A stretch of 32,000 bases of DNA, taken from Desulfatiglandales bacterium (GTDB taxonomy: Bacteria; Desulfobacterota; DSM-4660; Desulfatiglandales; Desulfatiglandaceae). The notes below the pieces were generated by a model that worked only from the letters and a program-made list of their open reading frames with translations, was not told where the DNA came from and did not search any database. Location of the stretch: assembly GCA_963662465.1 (NCBI GenBank), contig OY759599.1, positions 4,005,403 through 4,037,402 of the forward strand, read 5' to 3'. Position 1 is the first letter of the stretch. Each line of letters begins with the position of its first letter. Made by a program: the position numbers and the translations under genes. Below are positions 17,504 through 25,845 of this stretch, piece by piece.

Positions 17504-19158
17504 CAACCCTGCTCCGCCTCGACTTTTTCTTTAATCATCTTTTTCAATGTTTCCTTGTTGACCTTGCCGGAATCCCCCACCGCCGGGAATTCGGCCACCA
17601 CTTCCAGACGTTCCGGGAGTTTAAACATGGCCAGTTGCTTTTCTTTCAAAAAAGCCAGCATTTCATCAAAGGTAAAGGTTTCACCCGGCTTGGGAATCAC
17701 GTAAGCGGCGCACTTCTCTCCCATGGCCCGATCCGGATACCCCACAATGGCCACGGATGAGACCTTGGGATGCTCATTGAGCAGACCTTCCACTTCCGCG
17801 GGATAGATGTTCTGACCGCCGCGAATGATCATATCCTTGGCACGACCCATGATCCAGAGGCAGCCCTGGTCGAAACACACGATGTCTTCGGTGGTACACC
17901 ATCCGTCTTCATCAAACACCGTGGCCGTCAATTCCTCGTCCCGGTAATATCCGGCCGGTGCGTGGGGGCCTCTTAAATAGAGAATTCCCGGATCGCCCTC
18001 GGGCACCACATTCCCCTCTTCATCCACAAGACGCACCTTGTTGCCGGGGAGCATTCGGCCCACGGTCCGCCGCCTGAGTTCCTTGGAATCTTCCACGCTG
18101 CAACCGGAGACAGACCCCTTGTCCTGGGTGCCCAGGTCGCTGGTAATACTGGCCCCGAAAGCCTCTTCCGCTTCTTCCGCCACCTGGGGAGACAGATATC
18201 CGCCGGCAGACCGAATAAACCGCAGGGAACTCAGATCATATTTTTTAACATCCGCTTCCAGCATCCGCACCAGATGGGTGGGCACCACGCCGATGGCCGT
18301 GGCTTTTTCCTTCTCGATGAGGGCCAGTGCCCCTTCGGGTGTAAATTCCTCAAGCATGACGGTCTTGGCGCCGGCAATGGGGGCCGCAAAATAGGTGAGG
18401 GTTCCGGCTGCCCCACCCGCATGGGGCGCTATGGCCATGGTGATGTCATCTTTATTGAGATTCCAGATGCCCACCCGACCCTTGGAGGTGCAAACCCGGG
18501 GCGCTGTCGGCCATTCCACCAGCTTGGGAATTCCCGTAGTGCCGCTGGTGGTGGTCAACAATGCCACATCCCATTTGGCATCCAACCGTCGGTCGTTTAA
18601 GACCGCTTCGTCTATGGGCTTTTGCATCCGTTCTTCCACCATTTGAACCACCGAATAGGTCCCTTCCGGGGCGCCTTCGGGAACCTTATCGTCAAACAGG
18701 AAAAAGTATTTCAAGTGAGAGAAGCGTTTCTGAAGATCCTTGTACATGTCCAAATAATTGAATTTGTGATAGACTTCCGGGATTACCACGGCCGCGGCCT
18801 CGGTTTTCTCCAACATGTACTCCAACTCCCGCTGTCGCAGATAGGGATAAACCGTGAGAGAGATGAGGCCCGCCCGTTCACAGGCAACCCGGGCCAGGAA
18901 TCCGTAAACGCTGTTGGGGGACTGGATAATGACCCTGGCCGATTTGGGAATGCCCATTTCCACCCAGGACATGGCCATGGCATCCACCATCTTTTTGGCC
19001 TGGGCCCAGGTCACGCGATATTTGGAATCCACCAGCGCTTCCTGGTCGGGCATTTCCCTGGCGTTGCGATCATAAAAATCATAGAATAATTCTTCGGTCC
19101 AGTGTCCGTCATCTAAGAATTCCTGCACCATTTTTTCTTTATATCGAATCGGTTTCAT
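17503..19158 (-). CDS. Adenylate-forming aryl-acid ligase (2,3-dihydroxybenzoate-AMP ligase-like / aryl-CoA ligase)
   Basis: LLTTTSGTTGIPK, AGYYRDEELTATVFDEDGWCTTEDI, GRAKDMIIRGGQNIYPAEVEGLL, MFKLPERLEVVAEFPAVGDSGKVNKETL; GGGAGG upstream of ATG 19158. Confidence 0.9.
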   Translation of the reverse strand: MKPIRYKEKMVQEFLDDGHWTEELFYDFYDRNAREMPDQEALVDSKYRVTWAQAKKMVDAMAMSWVEMGIPKSARVIIQSPNSVYGFLARVACERAGLISLTVYPYLRQRELEYMLEKTEAAAVVIPEVYHKFNYLDMYKDLQKRFSHLKYFFLFDDKVPEGAPEGTYSVVQMVEERMQKPIDEAVLNDRRLDAKWDVALLTTTSGTTGIPKLVEWPTAPRVCTSKGRVGIWNLNKDDITMAIAPHAGGAAGTLTYFAAPIAGAKTVMLEEFTPEGALALIEKEKATAIGVVPTHLVRMLEADVKKYDLSSLRFIRSAGGYLSPQVAEEAEEAFGASITSDLGTQDKGSVSGCSVEDSKELRRRTVGRMLPGNKVRLVDEEGNVVPEGDPGILYLRGPHAPAGYYRDEELTATVFDEDGWCTTEDIVCFDQGCLWIMGRAKDMIIRGGQNIYPAEVEGLLNEHPKVSSVAIVGYPDRAMGEKCAAYVIPKPGETFTFDEMLAFLKEKQLAMFKLPERLEVVAEFPAVGDSGKVNKETLKKMIKEKVEAEQG

Positions 19159-19179
19159 GTGACGCCTCCCTAATAATCA

Positions 19180-19216
19180 GGTAATGGGGTAATCGGTAAT
19201 GAGGTAATGGGTAATG
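19180..19216. repeat. GGTAATG-type short tandem repeat (7/8-bp spacing)
   Basis: GGTAATG, GGTAATC, GGTAATG, GGTAATG, GGTAATG starting at 19180, 19188, 19195, 19203, 19210. Confidence 0.85.
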
Positions 19217-19263
19217 GGCGACAGGCCCGAAATGCACGACCCGTCGCCCATATGTCGGAAATC

Positions 19264-20673
19264 CTAAAATCCCAGCTCGGACCAGCGGCCCTTGACCTTG
19301 GCGACCATATCCGGATCCAGAACAATGGGGATGGGTTTGTCTTTCCATTCATAGGGGATGGTGGCATCGAGAAGCAACCTGCCCGTAATCTCCCGGCTCT
19401 CAATGGGCAGAGAGGGATCCAGAGGTGTGGATCGGCCCCGTTTGATGACCTGGCTTCGGTTGGGCTGGAACCGGAAACTCAAGGCGTACATGACCCTGGG
19501 GATATCCCAGGCATCGATGTCGTCGTCCACCACGATAACGGTCTTGAGACCGTAGGCCCCCATTTCCGTCGAAATGGCTGCGGTCAGCACCTGATCGGCG
19601 TGACCCGGGTACTTGGTCTCCACGGAGATAATGGCCAGAAACCGTCCGGAACCTTCGGGCGGGCAATAAACGCTCTTGATCCCGGGGATCCGCATCTCAT
19701 CGGTCAACTGCTGCCACAGGGTGGCGCCGTAGGAAAGGGCCATGACCATATGGGTGTCGGTGACGGCCCGACCCACCGTGGTGGAATACATGATGGGATT
19801 GTCGCGGTGGGTGATGCACTTGATGTCCATAAAGTTTCTGGGATCAGTCCCCACGCCGGAATAGTATCCGGTGTACTCGCCGAAGGGGCCTTCATCCATG
19901 AATTTTTCGGGATCACACAAGCCTTCCAGTACGATCTCCGCATGGGCGGGAATAGGAAGATCCACGGTTTCTCCCTGGACCACTTCGCAGGCCTCGCCGC
20001 GAATGGAACCATAAACATCGTATTCGCTGATGTTGGCCGAAACCCTGGCAGCGCCCAGGATAAACAGGAGAGGATCGCAGCCAATGATGGAAGCGCAGGG
20101 CATGGGTTTTCCCATTTTCTGGTATTTTTTCAGCATCTGGTCCGCATGTTTCCCTTTAATAAACTGGGTTCCGATTTTGTTTTTGCCCAGCAACTGGCTT
20201 CTGTAGGTTCCCAGGTTCACCCACCCGGAATCGGGATCCTTGGTGATAATAAAATGGGCCGTCCCGATAAATCGTCCACCGTCCAGGGGGAAGAAATGGG
20301 GCACGGGAAACTTGTAAAGATCCACATCGTCGCCCATGATGATATTCTGTTTGCAGGGCGCGTCTTTTTTCTCCACCATTTTGGGAGGAATGGGGTTTCG
20401 GCCCATGTTCACCCACCCTCGCAGAATCTCCGGAAGCGGCGTATCCTTGGGCATTCCCAGGATGAGGGCCAATTTCTGGGCGGAGGTGCAGGTACTGGTA
20501 ATCACCGGGGTATCATAGTCCTTGACATTTTCAAAGAGAAGCGCCGGACCTTGGGCTTCCTCATTGAGCTTGGCAATGTGGCTTAACTCGAGGTTCCAGT
20601 CCACTTCCGCGGTGATTCTCTTCAGTTCGCCTTCCTTTTCGGCCAGTTCAATAAAATCTCGCATGCTTTTCAT
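19264..20673 (-). CDS. ubiD: UbiD-family (de)carboxylase (prFMN-dependent)
   Basis: MRDFIELAEKEGELKRI, EGPFGEYTGYYSG, HADQVLTAAISTEMGAYGLKTVIVVDDDIDAWD. Confidence 0.93.
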   Translation of the reverse strand: MKSMRDFIELAEKEGELKRITAEVDWNLELSHIAKLNEEAQGPALLFENVKDYDTPVITSTCTSAQKLALILGMPKDTPLPEILRGWVNMGRNPIPPKMVEKKDAPCKQNIIMGDDVDLYKFPVPHFFPLDGGRFIGTAHFIITKDPDSGWVNLGTYRSQLLGKNKIGTQFIKGKHADQMLKKYQKMGKPMPCASIIGCDPLLFILGAARVSANISEYDVYGSIRGEACEVVQGETVDLPIPAHAEIVLEGLCDPEKFMDEGPFGEYTGYYSGVGTDPRNFMDIKCITHRDNPIMYSTTVGRAVTDTHMVMALSYGATLWQQLTDEMRIPGIKSVYCPPEGSGRFLAIISVETKYPGHADQVLTAAISTEMGAYGLKTVIVVDDDIDAWDIPRVMYALSFRFQPNRSQVIKRGRSTPLDPSLPIESREITGRLLLDATIPYEWKDKPIPIVLDPDMVAKVKGRWSELGF

Positions 20674-21061
20674 CAGATCATACCTCCCTAAATGGATATT
20701 TTCCGCGTTTCACCGAATTACTCTGCAATGTCCCATCGACACCCATTATCAGCGACAAAAACGCGATCACAAGCATTCTTTTTTTGCAACTTTTCCAAAA
20801 CACAACTCCCGCCCCCCAAAGACCTTCCAAACGTTCACTGAAACGAACAATCGTCCTCAAACACCGGCAGGGCCGCGCCCGGGCGACAGGCCTCCAACAT
20901 TCCGGGGAAAACAGACTATCGAATTGAATAATCTAACAAAAAAATAATCAAAAACCGAAGCAGTCGAATTGTACGGCGGGTTCATTCAGACGAAAACCAG
21001 TATTAAGTGGAAGCATAATCCTTCATAAAAAAAATTGTGTCAATTGCATTATTTTTATGGT

Positions 21062-21084
21062 ATTCATAACCTCTAATTATGAAT
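21062..21084. promoter_or_regulatory. Putative LysR-type regulator binding site
   Basis: ATTCATAA-N7-TTATGAAT perfect dyad containing ATAA-N7-TTAT, similar in layout to the LysR-type ATAC-N7-GTAT consensus; 66 bp upstream of the LysR gene. Confidence 0.6.
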
Positions 21085-21149
21085 GGTTCCGTCCCATAAA
21101 AAACGTGATATTATTACCGTTAAGTGATTAAGATGGATGATTTTCGACC

Positions 21150-22112
21150 ATGCTGAATTTCAACCAACTCCGCATCTTTTACCATGCAGCCAGGAATTTG
21201 AATTTCACCGCCGCCGCCAGGGATCTTTTCATCACCCAGCCTGCTGTAACCGCTCAAATTAAACTGCTGGAAGAATATTGCAGTTTGAAACTATTCAGAA
21301 AAAAAGGTCGCGGCGTCTATTTGACCGATGAGGGCCGGGCACTTTTTGAATACACCAAACATGTATTTGATTACGAAAAGGAGATCGAGTTCGCCATCGA
21401 GGAAATGCGGGAATTGAAACGGGGCATCCTCAGACTGGGAACCACCAAGACCTATGCACGGTACTTCATGCCCTTTCTGCTGACGCGATTCCATCAGACC
21501 TATTCCGACATTCGCATCCACCTGGACGAAGGCAGCTCTCAGGCCATGGTGCAAAGCCTCATTGATTTTAAAAACGAAATCGTCATTATCGCCAAAATCA
21601 CAAGCCATCCAGGGGTCCGCTTTCTGCCCCTCAGCCGGGAAGGCATTGTGGTAATCGCCCATCCCGACCATCCCCTGGCCGGAAAAGCCGCCATTTCAAC
21701 GGAGGAACTGGCAGAGGAGAGAATCATTATGAAAGAAGGGGGCTCCGGAACAAGGCATCTCATTGACGACCTGTTCATCCGAGCCAACCGGACGCCCAAC
21801 ATCGTCATGGAAACCAGCAACACGGAATTCATCAAACTGGAAGTCCAGCGGGGAGAAGGGATCGCCTTTCTGGTGGAATCCGCGGTTTTGCTGGAACTGG
21901 AACAAGGGCTATTGACATCTCTTCCCATCCATGATCAGACCCTCTTTCTGAATGTGAGCATCGCTTATCTGGAAGATCAACAACTCTCCCCCCCTTCCAG
22001 GGCTTTCCTCGAAACCCTGACAAACCTGAGCGGCAACGACATCCCCGCTTTGGGCATCGGCGCCCTGATGACGAAGATCCGAACCCATCGCGACGGCCTG
22101 ACGGCAACATGA
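21150..22112 (+). CDS. LysR-family transcriptional regulator
   Basis: LNFNQLRIFYHAARNLNFTAAARDLFITQPAVTAQIKLLEEYCSLKLFRKKGRGVYLTDEG. Confidence 0.95.
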   Translation: MLNFNQLRIFYHAARNLNFTAAARDLFITQPAVTAQIKLLEEYCSLKLFRKKGRGVYLTDEGRALFEYTKHVFDYEKEIEFAIEEMRELKRGILRLGTTKTYARYFMPFLLTRFHQTYSDIRIHLDEGSSQAMVQSLIDFKNEIVIIAKITSHPGVRFLPLSREGIVVIAHPDHPLAGKAAISTEELAEERIIMKEGGSGTRHLIDDLFIRANRTPNIVMETSNTEFIKLEVQRGEGIAFLVESAVLLELEQGLLTSLPIHDQTLFLNVSIAYLEDQQLSPPSRAFLETLTNLSGNDIPALGIGALMTKIRTHRDGLTAT

Positions 22113-23155
22113 AACCCAAAGCACCAAAACCACCGAAGTCTTCACGGAAAGCAAAGCAGACCCTACTGGTAACGGCATTTCTCTTCCTGTCATGCCTTTT
22201 GCTCATTGCCGCCTGGGGATACCAGACTTTTCAGCCGGTGAATAAAGTGGGGAAAAACCAATATTTCGTGGTGCGGGAGGGGGCAACCCTGAAACAGGTG
22301 GCACTGGACCTCAAAAAAACCGGCATCATCCGGAGCGCCCCCCTCTTTCGCCTGGCAGGCCGCCTCAAGGATTATGACAACCGGATCAAAACGGGAGAGT
22401 ATCAGTTAAACAGCGACATGCCGCCTTTAGTCATTCTTGAAATCCTGGAAAAAGGCCAAATCTTCACCCACTCCGTTACCATTCCTGAAGGCTTCAACCT
22501 GGAGCAGATTGCGGAATTGCTGAACGAAAAAGGCCTTGTCAACAAAAAAGCGTTCATGGAACAGGCTAAAGACGAGACACTGGCGAAGCGCCTGGGATTT
22601 TCCGGGGGAACACTGGAAGGATATCTCTACCCGGATACCTACCGGTTTCGACGGGATGAAACCCCTGAGAGAGTCATCGGCGTCATGGTGAAACGTTTTC
22701 GGAACATTGTCTCACCCCTGGATCCACAGATAAAAGATTCGGGCATGACGTTGAAACAGGTCATCACCCTCGCATCCATCGTGGAAAAAGAGACGGGTTG
22801 CCCGGAAGAAAGACCCATGATTGCCCGCGTCTTTCTGAACCGTTTGAAAAAAAACATGCGCCTTGATAGTGATCCAACGGTCATATACGGCATCAAGGAC
22901 TTTAACGGGAACCTTACCAAGAAGGATTTAAAAACCAAAACACCTTACAACACCTATGTCATCAAAGGGCTCCCCCCCGGCCCCATCGCAAATCCCGGGC
23001 TGGCATCCATCCAGGCCGTTTTGAATCCCGCGGAGAGCAACTATTACTATTTCGTTTCCAAAAATAACGGCGCCCATTATTTCTCGGAAACATTGAATGA
23101 ACACAACCGGGCCGTGAGGCGGTTTCAGAAAGTCAGACCCAAAAACAGAGGTTAA
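22109..23155 (+). CDS. mltG: Endolytic transglycosylase MltG (YceG-like)
   Basis: VTIPEGFNLEQIAELLNEKGLV ... LEGYLYPDTYRF ... LASIVEKETGCPEERPMIARVFLNRLKKNMRLDSDPTVIYGI ... YNTYVIKGLPPGPIANPGLASI. Confidence 0.95.
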   Translation: MKPKAPKPPKSSRKAKQTLLVTAFLFLSCLLLIAAWGYQTFQPVNKVGKNQYFVVREGATLKQVALDLKKTGIIRSAPLFRLAGRLKDYDNRIKTGEYQLNSDMPPLVILEILEKGQIFTHSVTIPEGFNLEQIAELLNEKGLVNKKAFMEQAKDETLAKRLGFSGGTLEGYLYPDTYRFRRDETPERVIGVMVKRFRNIVSPLDPQIKDSGMTLKQVITLASIVEKETGCPEERPMIARVFLNRLKKNMRLDSDPTVIYGIKDFNGNLTKKDLKTKTPYNTYVIKGLPPGPIANPGLASIQAVLNPAESNYYYFVSKNNGAHYFSETLNEHNRAVRRFQKVRPKNRG

Positions 23156-23160
23156 ATGTC

Positions 23161-23190
23161 TTGACATAGCCCAATAATTTCCAATATATG
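23161..23190 (+). promoter_or_regulatory. Putative sigma70-type promoter for CoA-transferase/thiolase pair
   Basis: TTGACA at 23161-23166, 18 bp spacer, TATATG at 23185-23190. Confidence 0.45.
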
Positions 23191-23259
23191 AAAGGTTTTC
23201 CGGCACGGGGCAACAAAAGACCTTTTTGTCGGACCGTCATGATATCAAGGAGCATCCGA

Positions 23260-24450
23260 ATGGATCTTTTTAAAAATCTCACCGTGTTATCCCTGGAACA
23301 GGCTACCGTATTACCCTATTTGACCTATAGACTCGCCCATGAAGGGGTGCAGGTGATTCGATTGGAACACCCGGTTTATGGGGACCCCAACCGGCTCATC
23401 GGCGAAAACGTTCTGAACGAAGAGCGCATGAACAGCTATTTTTTGTGCATCAATGCCGGAAAAAAGGCCCTCACCCTGAACCTGGCCGAACCGGAGGGCC
23501 GGGAAATTTTCCACAAACTCATCCGTGAACTGAAAATCGATGCCTTTACCACCAACCAGCTTCCCAAAAACTACAAAAAACTGGGCATCGACTACGAGAC
23601 TCTGAAAGCGTTGAAACCGGATATCATATGGCTCGGCGTCACGGGATTCGGACCGGACAGCAACGAAGGGGCCTACGATCCCATCCTTCAGGCCAGAAGC
23701 GGATTAATGGAAATGACCGGAGAAGCAACGGGCGCCCCCCAGGTTCTGGGCATTCCCCTGCCCGATATGGGGACCAGCGAACATGCCTATGGGCAGTTGA
23801 TGAAAGCGTTCTACCGCCGCGAGGCCACGGGACAAGGGTCATGCATCAACCTCTCCATGTTTGAATCGTCCCTTTCCTGGCTGACAGTTCCCATCACTTT
23901 TACAGCCAGCTTTGACAAGAAAAGCACCCGGCGGGGCAACACCCATGAGTTCTTCTGCCCGGTTTCGGTTTATAAAACCCGCGACGGCTTTGTTTATCTG
24001 GCCGTTGGAAACGACCGACAATGGCAATCCCTGGTCTCCCAGGATATTTTCAAATCCCTGGACAGGCCGGACTATCAAAAAAACGCGGGGCGTATCGCGG
24101 ATGTTCATCGCGTAAATCAGCTGATCGAGGAAATCACCATCAACCACACTGCCGGTGATCTGATTCAGCTATTCAAATCCATCACCCTTCCCGCAAGCAA
24201 GATTAACACCATAGCGGAAGTGGTGGCGGATCCTCTTGTGGCGCGGCGGCTTCTCTTTGCCGAGGATGAAAAAACCGGCGCTAAAATCACGTTGGCGCCA
24301 CCCCCGTACATGACCCCATGGCTTGAGCAATCCAATCGAAGGTTGTCTTTCCCTCCCCGTTTTGGTGAACATAACCGGGAGATTTATGGCGAGCGTCTTG
24401 GATATACCCCTGATGCATTGAAACGCCTGAAGGAAAATAAGGTGATATAA
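23260..24450 (+). CDS. CaiB/BaiF-family CoA-transferase (class III)
   Basis: MDLFKNLTVLSLEQATVLPYLTYRLAHEGVQVIRLEHPVYGDPNRLIG ... NAGKKALTLNLAEPEG ... YDPILQARSGLMEMTG; ATG 23260 behind AAGGAG. Confidence 0.9.
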   Translation: MDLFKNLTVLSLEQATVLPYLTYRLAHEGVQVIRLEHPVYGDPNRLIGENVLNEERMNSYFLCINAGKKALTLNLAEPEGREIFHKLIRELKIDAFTTNQLPKNYKKLGIDYETLKALKPDIIWLGVTGFGPDSNEGAYDPILQARSGLMEMTGEATGAPQVLGIPLPDMGTSEHAYGQLMKAFYRREATGQGSCINLSMFESSLSWLTVPITFTASFDKKSTRRGNTHEFFCPVSVYKTRDGFVYLAVGNDRQWQSLVSQDIFKSLDRPDYQKNAGRIADVHRVNQLIEEITINHTAGDLIQLFKSITLPASKINTIAEVVADPLVARRLLFAEDEKTGAKITLAPPPYMTPWLEQSNRRLSFPPRFGEHNREIYGERLGYTPDALKRLKENKVI

Positions 24451-24492
24451 AATTTACTGATAGACTGTGATATCAGGCACTTGAAACATAAC

Positions 24493-24513
24493 ACTTAAAA
24501 CTTAAAACGTTTT
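24493..24513. repeat. ACTTAAA heptanucleotide tract in the CoA-transferase/thiolase spacer
   Basis: ACTTAAA|ACTTAAA|ACGTTTT; the 16-mer ACTTAAAACTTAAAAC also occurs at 15558-15573. Confidence 0.65.
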
Positions 24514-24528
24514 TTGAAAGGAGCAAAC

Positions 24529-25782
24529 ATGAAAGAAGTCGTCATTGTCTCGGCATGCAGAACAGCCATCGGTGCTTTTGGCGGAACCCTGAGGGATATG
24601 AACGCGGCCGTTATCGGAAGCATCAGCATGAAAGAAGCCATTCGCAGGGCGAGCATTGATCCCGGAATCATTGATGACGTCCGGTTTGGATGTTGCCTGG
24701 AACCGGCGGATGCCCTGAATGTAGCGCGGGTTTCGGCCCTCATGGCGGGCATCCCTGACCATGTGGCGGCGGTCACCATTAACCGTGTCTGCATATCGGG
24801 CATGGAATCGGTGCTGTCCGGAATGGCCATGATACAGGCCAACATGGCCGATATCATTCTGGCCGGCGGCACGGAACATATGTCCGGAGCCCCCTACACG
24901 GTTCCCGGGGCCCGGTGGGGCTGCAGACTTCAGGATCAAGTTTTCGTGGATTCCATGATTCATGCCCTTCACTGCGGTTCTCACCTGCTACCACACCCGG
25001 AAGAGGGCCCCGTAAAAGAAGGCATGCCCCTTGAACTCTTCAGGGGTAAACCCTATATCATGGGCCAGACTGCGGAACTCATCGCCCAGCTGCACAACAT
25101 CAGCCGGGAAGAGATGGACGAAGTGGCCCTCAGAAGCCACAACAACACCGAGCGTGCAACCTTGGAAGGGGACTTCAAGGATGAGATCGTGCCCATCGAA
25201 GTGCCTCAGAAAAAACGAAAACCCCCCATTATTTTTGATAAGGACGAACATTTCCGGCCCGGGATTACCCTGGAGCAACTGGCCAAACTCCCCCCCGCCT
25301 TCGTCCCCAAAATTGGAAAGGTCACTGCGGGAAATGCTTCCGGCATCAACGACGGGTCCAGCGCCATGATCATCATGAGCGCGGAAAAGGCTAAGGAGCT
25401 GGGCCTTGAACCCATGGCCAGGATCAGAGCCATCGGTCGCGGCGCCTGCCACCCCTCGGTCATGGGACTCAGTCCCGTACCGGCGGTAAAGGATCTTTTC
25501 AAACGGAATCCCGATCTCAAGCTGGCGGATTTTGAACTGATCGAAGTCAACGAAGCCTTTGCGGCCCAATACCTGGGGTGTGAAATTGAGCTGGGCCTGA
25601 ACCGGGATATCACCAATGTGAACGGGTCAGGCATCGGCCTCGGGCATCCGGTGGGTTCCACGGGATGCCGCATCATGACCACCCTGCTCTATGCCATGAA
25701 AAACAGGGGTAAAAATCTGGGGCTCGCCACCCTTTGCGGCGGCGGCGGCGTATCCATGGCCTGCGCCCTGGAGATGTGTTAG
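24529..25782 (+). CDS. Thiolase-family acetyl-CoA acyltransferase
   Basis: MKEVVIVSACRTAIGAFGGTL, NRVCISGMESV, NEAFAAQ, GSGIGLGHPVGSTGCRI, LCGGGGVSMA. Confidence 0.93.
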   Translation: MKEVVIVSACRTAIGAFGGTLRDMNAAVIGSISMKEAIRRASIDPGIIDDVRFGCCLEPADALNVARVSALMAGIPDHVAAVTINRVCISGMESVLSGMAMIQANMADIILAGGTEHMSGAPYTVPGARWGCRLQDQVFVDSMIHALHCGSHLLPHPEEGPVKEGMPLELFRGKPYIMGQTAELIAQLHNISREEMDEVALRSHNNTERATLEGDFKDEIVPIEVPQKKRKPPIIFDKDEHFRPGITLEQLAKLPPAFVPKIGKVTAGNASGINDGSSAMIIMSAEKAKELGLEPMARIRAIGRGACHPSVMGLSPVPAVKDLFKRNPDLKLADFELIEVNEAFAAQYLGCEIELGLNRDITNVNGSGIGLGHPVGSTGCRIMTTLLYAMKNRGKNLGLATLCGGGGVSMACALEMC

Positions 25783-25792
25783 CCTTAAACGA

Positions 25793-25819
25793 TTGTTCCC
25801 ACGCCCCGCGTGGGAACAA
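25793..25819. repeat. REP-like palindrome
   Basis: TTGTTCCCACGC - CCC - GCGTGGGAACAA, perfect 12-bp stem with 3-nt loop. Confidence 0.7.
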
Positions 25820-25845
25820 AAATCAAGCCATACTGGAGACGTTTG

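Noticed and set aside
19207-20586. 459-aa plus-strand ORF fully antisense to ubiD
   Set aside because: UbiD is clearly coding on the minus strand with conserved motifs; the antisense ORF has low-complexity, non-family-like sequence typical of GC-biased shadow ORFs.
20678-20860. 60-aa minus-strand ORF upstream of ubiD
   Set aside because: No homology signal or RBS evident; overlaps the likely leader region only.
20876-20885. CGCCCGGGCG palindrome in the ubiD-LysR spacer
   Set aside because: Short GC-rich self-complementary word with no flanking extension; likely chance.
19216-20892. 12-mer GGGCGACAGGCC at both 19216 and 20881 flanking ubiD
   Set aside because: 12-mer coincidences are expected many times in 32 kb, and no extended homology surrounds them.
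25810-25845. Track start (GTG 25810) of the YkgJ-like protein
   Set aside because: It lies within the REP-like palindrome and lacks a Shine-Dalgarno; GTG 25846 has GGAG at suitable spacing.
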